A stretch of 64,000 nucleotides of DNA from Eledone cirrhosa (taxonomy: Eukaryota): assembly GCA_964016885.1 (NCBI GenBank), contig OZ024743.1:55118001-55182000 (forward strand). The letters run 5' to 3'. Shown here piece by piece: positions 1-13,567 of this stretch. Both the position numbers and the translations under genes were made by a program. Each line of letters begins with the position of its first letter. Positions within the stretch are counted from its first letter, which is position 1. The notes beneath the pieces are model-generated. The model did no database searches and was not told where the DNA came from. It saw only the letters and a list, made by a program, of their open reading frames with translations.

Positions 1-463
1 ATCGTGTGTTGAAACCGATATTGTTATACTTTGGGAGGGCCATGTTGCCAATAAGAAACACACGCACCAGTTGCTTTCACTTCAATTTATTATATATTTA
101 TAAATTTATAAATTTACAAATCTACAAACTTATAAATTTCTGGTTGGTTGGTTGGTTCCACAACCAGATAGTTGTTTATATATAGTCATAGTCCTTTCGT
201 CACACACTCTGTGACCTCTTCAGTGACTGGGGATTCCTTTCTTTGTTTCTGTGCCTTTCCTTTCTTCTATCCTACGCCATTTTGTTTCTGTGTGTGTGTT
301 GTGTGCTCAGTTAGCGCATCAAGAAAGAATCCCAAAAGGCGTGGTTATAAGAGGCTTAGCTCTGTTTCTCGACCGTTATATCGCGTGACTGTCTCCCCCT
401 CCGCCTTTTGGGATTCTTTCTCACGTCGTGTAGACGCGTTCTTGAGACTAGTAAAATGAGGTA

Positions 464-551
464 TCCTCTTGATAAGTCGGCAGACCTCGCAAGGACTCTA
501 TATCTTTGATATATTGTTTTTGTTTATGCCACGAAACTACGTAGTCGAGGA
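464..551 (+). ncRNA. Type I hammerhead ribozyme motif, U3-A8 core variant
   Basis: TCCTC-TTGATAA-gtcggca...tgccac-GAAAC-TACGTA-GTC-GAGGA; stem I TCCTC/GAGGA, palindromic stem III ACTACGTAGT, GUC site. Confidence 0.75.
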
Positions 552-1054
552 ATTTAGGAACAGTTTAGGTATGATACATTTTATTACTAATTATATCTAA
601 ATGTTTCTTCTCTCTTCATAATGTATTTTTAACTCTGATACTGGTTCAGTCTGGTTCAAACTGAATTGGTCTGTCCCAGTCATTCATTGAGCAACATCGG
701 TGAAGTTGGCACCCTTAACTCACAGTTGGGTGCGGATGCATTCATGTATATATGTGTGTGTCCGCATGTATCTGTGTGTTTCTAAATATATTAATAACTC
801 CCTCTGGTCGAGCAATCTTTGAAGTGTGGGGACAACTGGAAAGCTTCCATTACTCATACTTCTCGCCTTCTTCACTACCTCTTCTACGGCCTCGATATGA
901 ATACCCCCTCCGCCTCCGTGGTATTTTCTTCGTGGTTATAAGAGGCTTAGCTCTGTTTCTCGACCGTTATATCGCGTGACTGTCTCCCCCTCCGCCTTTT
1001 GGGATTCTTTCTCACGTCGTGTAGACGCGTTCTTGAGACTAGTAAAATGAGGTA

Positions 1055-1142
1055 TCCTCTTGATAAGTCGGCAGACCTCGCAAGGACTCTATATCTTTGA
1101 TATATTGTTTTTGTTTATGCCACGAAACTACGTAGTCGAGGA
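1055..1142 (+). ncRNA. Type I hammerhead ribozyme motif, U3-A8 variant (second tandem copy)
   Basis: Same sequence as 464-551. Confidence 0.75.
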
Positions 1143-1228
1143 ATTTAGGAACAGTTTAGGTATGATACATTTTATTACTAATTATATCTAAATGTTTCTT
1201 TTCTCTTCATAATGTATATATATATATA

Positions 1229-1500
1229 GTAATAATAATAAATTTGAAGACTAAAATCCAAAGATGACTCGATAAGGATAAATATATATCAAATATATAA
1301 GAACCGTAGACCAAATATTTATTAAAATAACAGATTAAAGTTTAAGCAAAGAATCGCTGCTTTCTCCCTTAACGGGATCTTCTGAAATTAAGAGTGAAAG
1401 GAGTGATTCTTTGCTTAAACTTTAACCTGTTATTTTAATATATATATATATAGTAATAATGACTATGATGACTAAAACCCGAAGAGGGTTCGAAAAGGAT
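1229..1500. mobile_element. (TA)n-embedded fold-back element, probable PLE terminus (relatives at 3420-3475, 20684-20713, 46500-46670, 63350-63565)
   Basis: Inverted arms TATTAAAATAACAGATTAAAGTTTAAGCAAAGAATC (1320-1355) and GATTCTTTGCTTAAACTTTAACCTGTTATTTTAATA (1405-1440); HHR-like CAGAAGA-TCCCGTTAAGGG-GAAA near the axis. Confidence 0.6.
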
Positions 1501-1513
1501 TATGTGTATATAA

Positions 1514-1891
1514 TCTCTCTCTAAATCAAATTCTTGTCTCTCTGTCTGTCTCTCTGTCTCTCTGTCTCTCTGTCTGTATGTCTGCCTCTTCCTATGCATT
1601 CTCTAACGGCTGAACCAAATCAAATTAAATTTTACACGGTAATAGTATTGGTACGTTATTAAATACACACACACATCTACACATACATGAATTACTAAAT
1701 GAATATTGTTTACCCTAAGGCTCTTCATTATTGACAGATATTCATTTCTAAATTATATTATCATTAAGATTTTTCATAAAATATAGATATTTTAAAATAA
1801 TTATGAGAAAAAAAAACATATCTTCATATTTATTGTTTACTAATCTGAATAAGAACTGCAGTAACCTTGGCAACGCCGGGTAATTCAGGTA

Positions 1892-1892
<1 letters not shown>
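1514..1892 (+). mobile_element. Degenerate non-autonomous Helitron-like element
   Basis: 5' TC start then (TCTG)n; 3' CCTTGGCAACGCCGGG hairpin followed by GTAG|T, resembling the ends of 5312-6125. Confidence 0.55.
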
Positions 1893-1925
<33 letters not shown>

Positions 1926-2040
1926 ACTAGAAATTGATTAACATATATATAAACATGAATAATCACAGGAGATATGGTGCAGCCGTTATGGCATGACACC
2001 CATAATTTTGATTTGGATTAAATTCATTTAATTTATCTTA

Positions 2041-2137
<97 letters not shown>

Positions 2138-2140
2138 TAT

Positions 2141-3400
2141 ATGAAAGGATTACAAAGGAGAATATATACTGTCAGAACATGTTTATATAAAAGTACCTAT
2201 GTACGTTTCGCACGAAAAGGGCTTCTCAAGGGCATAGAAAACTACAGATTGTTCAGTACAGGACCCAGAAGGGGTTTTAAAGTGATACATACATCAAAGT
2301 TCATTCTTTGTTCAAACTTACACATTGTTATTGAAACAGAGCAAGGAGAGTAACTCTGGCCGGTGTTTGAATAATTGTCCCCAAAGGGCTTATACCCGTT
2401 CACATGATGGTGGTTTTCCATTACTAATATGTTGGTGCTACTTTACTATTGTCAATTCAGGCAGGGTCTGAGATGCATAGTTGGTGTACAGATGTTTATT
2501 TGCGCAGCCTACCCACCGGAGTGTTATGGTTTGGTGTGGGGTAACCCAGTTTATGGTTTTCATGTCTCAGTCACTTCCCACCCGAAGAAAGGCTGCTGTA
2601 TCCTGTCTCTGCAGTTTATCACCGATTCTGCACTGCTGTTGATGAGCTCGATGGGTGCTCTTATGATATAGTAAAGTTCCATGAGGCAGAGCTCGCATTT
2701 CCTCTTGAAATTGTACGGTGCTGCCCTGCTGACAATTTCCCAGTGTGTGGAGAAGCTGATTGTTGAAGTCTTTTAATGTTGTGATGTAATTGGCGAGTGA
2801 CATGGAGTGTCTTAGTCTCTTGTTTCTAAAAGAGTGGAGATGTGTTCGAAATCTAGTTTTGAACGGGTCAGAAGTGTCCCCTATATAATGTTTAACGCTA
2901 TTATGGCTAGTTATGGTGCACCAACAAATAACCTTTTCTGTCAGGCAACTTCCCCTAAGCGGGCATCTTCCCCGGTCCCGACAGTTGCATTTTCGGTCGC
3001 GGTCGTTCCTAGTGCCCGAAGTCAAGCTATTACTATTGCTACCTATGTTATCATCCACGCCACCACATCTATCTCTGTAGTTAGTACTATTATATCCTAT
3101 GGCGTGCGGGGTAGTACCATTATTGCTCCGCACGCCGCAGCGCCTTCTGTTGCTGCCGTGTGACCCGCACAGGTCAGCAGCATGTTCCCCAGCTTCGCCA
3201 CAGTTATGTCGGTTGCTTCTGTTGGGGCTGCCGCCCACACTATTGGGCGCTGCAAGGGAATCATTAAGGCTATTAGGGTTGCTGTCAAGTCTAGACGTAT
3301 CAGTGCTAAGGTGCCGTGTTTTGGTGATCTGACTGTAATTGGTTATCCCTATGATGTCTGCTAAGTTAGAAGGAGTGAGAAGGATATTTTAATATTGTTC
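2141..3400 (-). mobile_element. Penelope-like retroelement 3' fragment: CxCx5C linker, GIY-YIG endonuclease (frameshifted) and pLTR
   Basis: ORF 2567-3238 has KCNCRDRGRCPLRGSCL...HYIGDTSDPFKTRFRTHLHSF; another frame continues WEIVSRAAPYNFKRKCELCLMELYYII...INCRDR; degenerate HHR (TTGAGAA...GAAACGTAC) downstream at 2193-2234. Confidence 0.88.
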
Positions 3401-3568
3401 TTATTTGGGGATTTTCCTGTATTTATTATTTGTACAGATTAAAGTTTAAGCAAAGAATCCCTGCTTTTACCCTTTTATATATGTATATTTACAAACGCAT
3501 TTACATACATAGATATCAACGTACACACACACATACATACACACATATATACACACCCACATATATAT

Positions 3569-3664
<96 letters not shown>

Positions 3665-4856
3665 TATATATATATATTTATTTGTATATATATATACATA
3701 CAAATACACATACATACACACATATATACACACACACATATATATATACATATATATATATATGTGTGTGTGTCGATGTACACACACACATACATACACA
3801 CATATATACACACACACATATATATATATACATATATATGCTAAGGGGTTTGGGCGCTGTGAGTTCGACGTTTTCAGTTCGATGATCAGACCGGGCTCTA
3901 TGTTGTTTCATTGAGCAAGACACTTTACTTTATCCTGCTCCAACTCGCTTAGCTAGAGAGACTGACGTATATATAAATGAAATTATCTGTGTGTGTCCCC
4001 GGATTTTACTCAGAAATATGAGAACCAACACCTACAAAACCTGTATATATATATTATATTCATTCCATCACCGGACAAGCAATGGTAAAAATTGTTTTGC
4101 TTTACAAAGCAAGCAACTTTGCAAAAAACATCTGCCTCCGTATTTCACGCCTGTCCGCCAACGAGCAAATTGTCCATGAACCTGCGTCGCATTACCACTT
4201 GGCATCTAAATTTTCTTCACCAAGGAAAAACTACTAAACATAAATGACGAACTTGTGACTTCGTGGAAGCAGTGGACTTATAAAACATACTTCAACTTCA
4301 GATCTCCTTACGATCCATGAAAGTAAGACTATTTCCAAACATTCATTTTGCACGCCCACACTGGCATATACAACCCTAGGTATACACTGTATATATGCAC
4401 ACATGTAATATGGGATATGTATGTTATATTCATTTTATTAAGGATAAATAGGGCGTCTTCTTCACTTCAGTTTGTCACAGGATCATAATCACCTTACTCC
4501 TCAAAACAACAACAACAACGACTATCAAATATGACAGCGGACTTATTACGATATATAGAATGATTTACACCAGTGTAACAAGACTCTGGAGTTTTGCTTG
4601 TTTATCACAAGGCCATCAGCGATAAACAGGCAAAACTCCAGAGTAACAAGGCTCACTATTTTGCCATAATAAAATGAATATTAAAACTCTACTTCGGTAT
4701 TGAGTACTCTTTTCTCTCAGCCGTCAACCACAGACAGATATATTTCTATATATATATTATCCGGCTGTGGTTATGTGTATGGGTGTGTGGGTACGCCAGT
4801 GAATGTGTGTGGGTATTTATATGTGTGTGTAGGTGTGTGTTACTCACATATATAAT

Positions 4857-5071
4857 GGTTTCTTATATAGGCACAAGGCCAGCAATTTGGGCGGAGGGAA
4901 AGTCGATTAAATCGACCCCAGTGCGTGACTGGTACTTTATTTTATCGACCCCGTAAGGATGAAAGGCAAAGTTAACCTCGGCGAGATTTGATCTCAGATT
5001 ATAAAGGGCCGTAACTCTATGCTGCAAATCACGGTGTCCGACTCTCTACCGATAGTGCCAATCCAGGGCCC
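4857..5071 (-). mobile_element. tRNA-derived SINE (family A) with 16-bp TSD
   Basis: Core GGATGAAAGGCAAAGTTAACCTCGGCG; TSD TACTCACATATATAAT at 4841-4856 and 5072-5087. Confidence 0.85.
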
Positions 5072-5311
5072 TACTCACATATATAATAGAATCAATTTAT
5101 TCTAAAACTTTTTTTCAACTACATATAAAGAACATTTACCCTTACATGGTTAGCTTATAACCATATATGGACAACATGTTATTTTACCGACACGTCAACC
5201 ACCTAAGCCACGCCCCTGATGAAATGGTCAGGCTACTGTAGGTCTGTTCGTTAACATTCTCGAACTGACTGTTGAAATGACAAGAGCTCAGTTGTTGGGC
5301 CCCGACATATA

Positions 5312-6125
5312 TCTATATATATAAAACTGTGGTTGTCTGTCTGTCTATCGATTTTTGGCACACATCTCCTCTTAGAATCTCTGACGGAATTGCACCGAAA
5401 TTGCTATACTTGTACATTGAGCCCTAGCGAAGACATCGGAAAAAAATATTTCAAATTGACCCACCCTATGTGACGAAATCGAATATAATGTATCGATTTT
5501 TTAGCGTAAGTTATCAGTTATTTCCCTTTGTTCTGTTTACATTGAGCGTCTTACGTAAAAAATTACGCTGGCTTTCTCAGCGTTTAAAATGACATTAACA
5601 CAATACACGAACAGTTGTCGAGCCAGCAAAATATTGACCTGCAAAATTCATCAGTTCGAACACTAAGCTTCCGTTTTGCTTCATTTCCATTTAAAAGCAT
5701 TTTAAAACAATATTTTTACTTGAAAACAAGTCTATTTAAAGACTACGTAAAACAAGCAAATATTTCAGGCGTGCAGACAGACAGTCGTGCAGAGAGGTGA
5801 TATAGGCGTGCAGACAGATATAACTGATAATTTGGTTACGCTAATGTTTTTCTCTGCGTTGCAGTGTTTACATTTTCGATCTTTGTTAATAAATAACCAG
5901 TGCAGTTATTATCCCCAGCATCCTCTTTTGTTATAACATTCGGGTTATCGTTATGTTTTCTTAACTTCATAAGGCATATTGTTGGTTGAGGGAATATTAA
6001 TCAAAAACACCACATGCAAGTCTGCACAGTAGACACTACAGTTTTTAAGCCAAAAAAGAAACTTAACATTGTAACTTTAACACAGCTTCTGAGCGACCCC
6101 GAGCAACGCCGGGCTTTACTGCTAG
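5312..6125 (+). mobile_element. Non-autonomous Helitron-like element
   Basis: A|TCTATATATATAAAACT start, (GTCT)n, 3' CCCGAGCAACGCCGGG hairpin then CTAG|T. Confidence 0.75.
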
Positions 6126-6129
6126 TATA

Positions 6130-6749
6130 TCTATATATATAAAACTGAGGATGTCCGTGTGAGTGTGTGTGTGAGTTTCAATCCCTAAAACTCGAGAAGT
6201 ACCCAACCAATTTTTTTCAAACTTTACATGTGCATTACTTATGTTTCAGGGAGTGTTATGCACGTAAAAAAATTCAACCGCATTAGGTGAAAAACTGCAT
6301 TTTTTCAGTTTTTAGGGGTTTTTTGAGGCGTTACGTCAGACGGATTTCCTTGAAAATGTAACTATGTATTAGTCAGTCTCTTCTTCATACCGTGAGTAAA
6401 GAAAATCCAACTTGTTTATGACCTAGGGTCCGCATCAGGTGAAAAACTTCATTTTTCAGCTTTTTAGGGCTTTTTTGAGGCGTTACGTCTAGCCGATTTT
6501 CCCGAAATTTCAAGGTATATTATGCACATAAAAAATTCATTTTCTTGATCCCCAAGGGCCCGCATTAGGTGAAAACCTGCATTTTTCCCTGCTTCGTCGA
6601 GGAAAATCTTAAAGATTATCCAGCCGTCAAAGTATTCGGTTTATTTTCTTTACATATTGTTCAGGCATACAGTTTTTCCACGATTAGGTCTGTTGGCGGC
6701 CCGCGTTCCAAAATACCTTATCCCGTGAAACGCCGGGTACCACTGTTAG
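6130..6749 (+). mobile_element. Second Helitron-like element, head-to-tail with the first
   Basis: Same TCTATATATATAAAACTG start, internal duplicated segment, 3' CCCGTGAAACGCCGGG hairpin and TTAG|T; homolog on the minus strand at 47565-48115. Confidence 0.75.
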
Positions 6750-6774
6750 TATATATATGTGTGTGTGTGTATGT

Positions 6775-6858
<84 letters not shown>

Positions 6859-6888
6859 GTGCGTGGGTGCGAGTATGAATTGAGTTAA

Positions 6889-6921
<33 letters not shown>

Positions 6922-7096
6922 TGTATGTATGTATGAGTTATACATGAGAGTATATAATTGCCAATTAGTTTTAGATTGAGCTCAATATGTTTCATAAATG
7001 AAACGATTATAAAGCAATAAACCCGTTTAGAAATTTGATTGCATCTATTTATTTGTTTACATAAATTTATATATATATATAATCGTTTCTACTTTT

Positions 7097-7209
<113 letters not shown>

Positions 7210-7484
7210 CTGTATGTGTGTATGTGTGTGTGGGTGTGTCTGTATGTGTGTATGTGTGTGTGGGTGTGTGAGTGTGTGTAAAAGGTTAACAGAAATAACA
7301 AAAATAACAAAACAAACGGCACAGTACATGGAAGAAATATATTAGTTTAACGCTTGAAATAGCAGGAAGTCTTCATATATTTATATAGATATATCTATAT
7401 ATATGTATATATAAATGTATATATGTTTGTAGATATATGAATATTATTAATCCATATATATATTTATATATGTCTATATATATA

Positions 7485-7515
<31 letters not shown>

Positions 7516-7671
7516 GTGTGTGTGTGTATATTTATATATGTCTATATATATATATGTGTGTGTGTGTGTGTAGCGAAATTAAGGGGTTATGAAACGTATG
7601 TAAAATACTGGAAAATATTTTTGATGGAACTGAGTTTTATAAACCAAGATCCTTAGGGAACTCTCTCCCCT

Positions 7672-7729
<58 letters not shown>

Positions 7730-7859
7730 CATTCTCCATCGCTTTATCCCCTTCTCTGCCTGTCATATAGATAGATTAATTGACAGTAAAATACATAAGC
7801 ATTCCTGATATCTACACCCCTTCATCTGTCAACAATACATACCCCTTATAAAGTAGCTT

Positions 7860-8225
7860 TACTTCATTATTCTGAGTTCATATCCTGCCAAGGTTAACTT
7901 TGCCTTTCATCCTTACGGGGTCGATAAAATAAAGTACCAGTAATACACTGGGATAATTGCTGGCCTTGTGCCAAAAGTAGAAACAATTATTACATACAAA
8001 ATAAAGGCAGTGGATTGGCAGTACCATTAGAGCATCGGACAACATGCTGTGCGGCATTGAATTATAGCCCTTTACGTTCTGAATTCAAATCCCGCTGAGG
8101 CTAACTTTACCTTTCATCCTTACGGGGTTGATAAAATAAATACCAGTAACGAACTGGGTCGATTTAATCGACTTTTCCCCTTCCTCCAAATTGCTGGTCT
8201 TGTGCCTAAATAAGACACCATTATT
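7860..8225 (+). mobile_element. Two tandem family A SINEs
   Basis: CTTTCATCCTTACGGGGT(C/T)GATAAAATAAA and GCTGG(C/T)CTTGTGCC tails occur twice. Confidence 0.8.
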
Positions 8226-9671
8226 ACATACAAAATATCAACTCGTATCATACACAGCCAACTCCCGTACGTGTACGACCACTTGTTAAAGAGAAAAATA
8301 AACAAACATCGGCAAAAACGTTTTATCGGTATTGCTGTCATAGATGCCGTCTGAGACGACTCATCAGTCCTGGAAGTGACTTACAAGCGATACCACATAT
8401 TCAAGTAAGTTTCTCGCCTGCTTGATTTGCATTGGCGTGACATGCTTTTTGTTGCTGTGTTGCCCACCTGCAGAGTGACACAATTTAGTATACACGCCAC
8501 ATGCAAAATCAAGGGGGCATGCGATACTCAAAGGTGTTTTGTCCATGAGTATGATATCTACTAAGGCGTAGTTGCCTAAACTTTGATATACATATACATC
8601 CGCATCCCTCATGGTAAACATTTATTATATCTCGTTTTTGGAGTGGATTAACCACCCCCATATATTTAGCTGTTTGCTTCACTTCAGCATAGGCCCCATT
8701 CTTCTGTTCACATTCGTTAACACCGGTAGCAATCAGGTTTCACCAGTCGGCTCTATCTGTTGCAGGATTCTCCCACGTTTAGGGACTGATGTTGACATTC
8801 TTCAGAGTAGCCTTCAAGCAATTTTTAAAGCGCTTGTGTGTCTTGCACTGATTGTAAAACGTAACGATTTACGGGATGTTAGATCTATCTGTTGTATGAG
8901 AGGACAGAGTGTTGGGCGAACCACCGTCTCCTACGAACATCTCTTCGTGTTCATATTCGGAAGAAGATGATACATGGCGGAGTCAAGGTGTAGAGATGTA
9001 TAAATGCCTGACAATAGGGGCCAACCCAGAAAAACGAAAGAATTTTCAAGAGGCAGTTCAGCAAATTGATGTCACCAACAGTGATACTGCATGTCCGCCT
9101 TTCAATAAACATACATACATACATACACGTGAGTATGTTAGTCACATTGCTTAAAACTGTGTAAAAATGTTTTCTCGTTACTACCTTGCCACGAGGAAGA
9201 CGAACAAAAAGACATTGTGTCTGTTGGCTCAACGGAATATAGGTTGGATATAAACATAACAACTGCCAGCTCGATATTGTTGGTTGTTTGAAAACATGCT
9301 CTGGTGCAGAAGTCAACTCACCACTCGATGTTAATGTAGCAAGGAAGATTCAAGAAAAGGCAGACATCTATAGAATATTGGCGAGGAGTTCGCAGATCTA
9401 GTATGCAAAATACACGTTCAGTGTCATACCTATTATTGGGATTATATGATGTATACAAACCCGCCTGGGTTATTCGTGAAAGACCCCAACTTATTAATTC
9501 ATAAACTATAAATGATCACGATATGTGGAATCACGAAAATATTTAAAGCATTTTTAAGATAAGGATAAGGGATTGCACATAGGTCGGCGGAAATTTTCTT
9601 TTCTTTAAAACCTTGCTACCGAGAAGGTGGCCGCTGAAAATATACTCGAAAATAAAGAAAAGATGCATAAA

Positions 9672-9705
<34 letters not shown>

Positions 9706-10154
9706 CATACATACATACATACATGCATACATACATACATACATACATGCATACATACATACATACATACATACATACATACATACATACATACATGCAT
9801 ACATACATACATGCATACATACATACATACATACATACATATACCCAGAATAAGGTAGCTATCTAAGTCACTATTAAGGAGACGCAGGGAAGGACAGCAA
9901 AGTTTTCCACTCTACATCTACAACACCCATGACATTATTGTATACATAATATCAACCCCTGATACTCAATCAAATCTGTCGCATTTCCTATTTCGTATGG
10001 TGATTACATCTCCTTCATTTGCAGTTGTGTGGGCTTGAGGTGTTTGGTGTTTTTTTTGGGTTTTTTTTTTCAATTATATTCGAAATAGCCAATCACCACG
10101 TCGCAGTGAAAGTGAGTATCCCTGTCTCTAACTGTTTGTCGACTTGTCTGATGC

Positions 10155-10241
<87 letters not shown>

Positions 10242-10266
10242 TTCTCTCTCTCTCCCTCTCTCTCCC

Positions 10267-10347
<81 letters not shown>

Positions 10348-10464
10348 CTCTCTCTCTCACGTTTGTTCTCTACTTCATTCCATTCTCTGTCGCTTTTTAC
10401 ATTCTTTTTCTCCTTATATCCTATATTAACTGTTTCGTCTGTCCAGCATACTACGTCTTATTAC

Positions 10465-10532
<68 letters not shown>

Positions 10533-10854
10533 AAACATATACAGATAAAGGGGGACTGTAAAACAGAAATAAATGCAAACATGTATGAGTACAATAGTGT
10601 GTGTGTGTATGTGTATGTGTGTATATGTGTGTATGTGTGTGTGTATGTATGTGTGTATATGTGTGTATATGTGTGTTATCAATGATATAGCCGCCAGTCA
10701 TTACAAACGAGCCTAAGGGTGAAACATTCTCTTTTCTAATCGTAATTGTTATAAATTCTACTCCTTAAATGTCCTTCACTTCTTCACTCCATCTTGATCT
10801 CACTTAAACAATGACACTCTATATAGCCTCCGCCCTCTCCTAATAATCTAACAC

Positions 10855-11960
10855 TACCACTATACACCGCCACCATCACTACCACCAACACTACGACTGC
10901 CACCACCACCTTCACCACCACCAACACCACCACCACGATCACCACTACAAACACCACTACAAACACCACCACCAACACCACCATCATCATTACCACCACC
11001 GCCACCATCACCACCACCAACACCATCACTACGACCACCACCTTCACCACCACCAACACCACCACCACCATCACCACTACAAACACCACCACCAACACCA
11101 GCATAATCATTACCACCACCATCACCACCATCACCACCACCAACACCAACACCATCACTACCACCACAAACACCACCACCACCACCACCACCACCACCAC
11201 CACCACCATCACTACCACCATAAACACCACCACTGCCACCAACACCACTACCAACGCCAACACCACTACCATCACCAACACCACCAACACCACCAACATC
11301 ATCACCACCACAGACACCACCACCACAAACACAACCACCACAAACACCACCACCATCTCTACCAACACCACCACCATCACCACCACCAACACCACCACCA
11401 TCACTACCACCACAAACACCACCAGCACCGCCACCACCATCACTACCACCACAAACACCCCCACTACCATCAACACTGCCACTACCTCAAGCATTTCCAC
11501 CATCACTACTACCGCCAACCACCGCCAACAACACAACCACCATCACCAACACCACCACCATCACTACCACCACAAACACCACCACCCCACCATCGCTACC
11601 ACCACAAACGCTACCACCTTCACAACCACAACAAACACCATCAACATCACCACTACCAAAACCACCATCACCACCACCAACACCACTACTCCCACAAACA
11701 CCACTACCACCGCCACCACCACCACCACCACTACCACCACCACCACTACCACCAACACCATTACCACCATCACCATCACCACCACCACCACCACCACCAC
11801 CACATACAGTGCTTTGCTAGCAGATCGCCACCAAACAACATATATCACCATGACAATATTCTAAAACACCACTAATACCACCACCAACAACAACAGCGCC
11901 CAACACCGCCCCAACACCACCACCACAACACGCTACCACCGCCACCACCACCATTCACAA
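10855..11960. repeat. Degenerate (CAC/ACC)n low-complexity array
   Basis: Direct inspection; source of the poly-Val ORFs. Confidence 0.9.
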
Positions 11961-12064
11961 CCTATACTATTATTTCTGTTATTGTGATATTGCCGATGCT
12001 ATATTTGGTGAAGTGCTATTCATCATTGTTGGCTATAAGTTTTAATATAGTCGAGGAAATACAA

Positions 12065-13265
12065 TACATACATACATACATACATACATACATACATACA
12101 TACATACATACATACATACATACATACATGGTGGCTGCCAACTCGTTTTCGAGTACGGCCACTATTTTATATCCATGTAGGAGAACCCCTACCGATGCGC
12201 TGAACGAGTGTGACTTTTTAGTCCAGCCAGCGACTTGAAAACTCTGGTACAAACACTACTTGCACTGGGATAATTGCTGGCCTTGTGCCAAATGTAGAAA
12301 CAATTATTAATAATTATCAATTAATGCTATCGTGCAATGCCTGTGCGTGAAGATTTTTTTAAAATGAGGAAAGACTGTGCACTGAGCCAATCCCACTCTC
12401 TGAGCGACAGTAGCTATAATCCGAAAAGAAGAAAGATCAACATCATCGGTAACTGCTGAGCCGCAGGTTTTGCGTCGGAGTTATCCCAGTTTCCTGAGTT
12501 GCCTTCTCCTAGAAGAATGCCCTGACATACATACATACATACATACATACATACATACATACATACATACATACATACATACATACATACATACATACAT
12601 GGTGGTGGCTGCCAACTCGTTTTCGAGTACGGCCACTACTTTATATCCATGTAGGAGAACCCCTACCGATGCGCTGAACGAGTGTGACTTTTTAGTCCAG
12701 CCTGCGACATGAAAACTCTGGTACAAACACTACACCTGTGACAATTATTGACACATAGTGCTGGGCCCATGGTACCATGTGACGACAATTGCAGAGAGAT
12801 CTCTAGATATAAAGCAATGCCTGTGCTGTGAAGCTTTTATAGTGAGCAAAGGCACTGCACAAAGCCACTCCCACTCTCTTAACCAAGATGATATTTACCA
12901 AAAAGAAGAACAAGTCAACATCATTGGATACCATCAGGGTTGCAGGTGTTATATCAGAGTTGTCCTTCTCCTAGAATTCTGCCTTGACAAAGGCTAAGGG
13001 GTCATCTCTACATACATACATACATACATACATACATACATACATACATACATACGTACACACATACATATATGATTGATGCAACTCGATTTTGAGTAAT
13101 CCCATCGCTTGATACTTAAGCAAGAGGATCACGGACGTGGTGTTTTTAGTCATACATTGCCACATATTGTCACATATTAAGCAATGCATGCGTTTGAAAT
13201 TTTGGTAAGTGAGGAAGGATTTGCACGAACATCGAATGCATTTACCCAAAATGTAGAACATCACT
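12065..13265 (-). mobile_element. Three stacked RTE-like LINE 3' ends, each abutting a (TACA)n tract
   Basis: 12129-12259 is nearly identical to 12603-12733; 13075-13265 matches the 3' end of the RTE at 19088; (TACA)n at 12065, 12525 and 13010. Confidence 0.6.
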
Positions 13266-13317
13266 GTATGAAAACGAAGCCGCAAGTTTTATTACAGAGT
13301 GACTTTCGCCTAGAATC

Positions 13318-13567
13318 TTAATGAAGACCACGTGTCTCTGGTTCCACAAAAAAAAGCAAATTTTATTGGATGGCTGTTGACTCTCTTGAGTTCCTCTGTT
13401 CTTTTGACGGGTTTTGTTTTTCATCCCAAAGGGTGTCCAAAATCACCCTCCTCGCCAAGCAAGCTTGGGGGGGGTCGCCAGTTTAGACGCCGACGACCCT
13501 ACCATGCACCTTAATGCCATCACTTGATACTTTTTTGTGGAACGAGAGACTCCTAGTCTCTCGTTAA
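13318..13567. mobile_element. MITE-like element with imperfect TIRs and TTAA ends
   Basis: TTAA...GTCTCTGGTTCCACAAAAAAA...GATGGC versus GCCATC...TTTTTTGTGGAACGAGAGAC...TTAA. Confidence 0.5.

Larger units (their letters stand above)
340..1217 (+). mobile_element. Partial-tandem pseudo-LTR of a Penelope-like element (340-626 repeated at 931-1217, 591 bp apart)
   Basis: Near-identical direct repeat; each copy holds a hammerhead motif; a reverse-complement copy at 60241-60715 directly follows a PLE-like ORF; ends in (TA)n. Confidence 0.8.

Noticed and set aside
4575-4644. 24-bp-stem hairpin as a pre-miRNA or terminator
   Set aside because: No supporting context; probably an internal palindrome of an unclassified repeat
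10784-11851. Poly-Val / poly-Thr ORFs resembling mucin or membrane proteins
   Set aside because: Degenerate (CAC)n with frame breaks, no unique domain and no splice support
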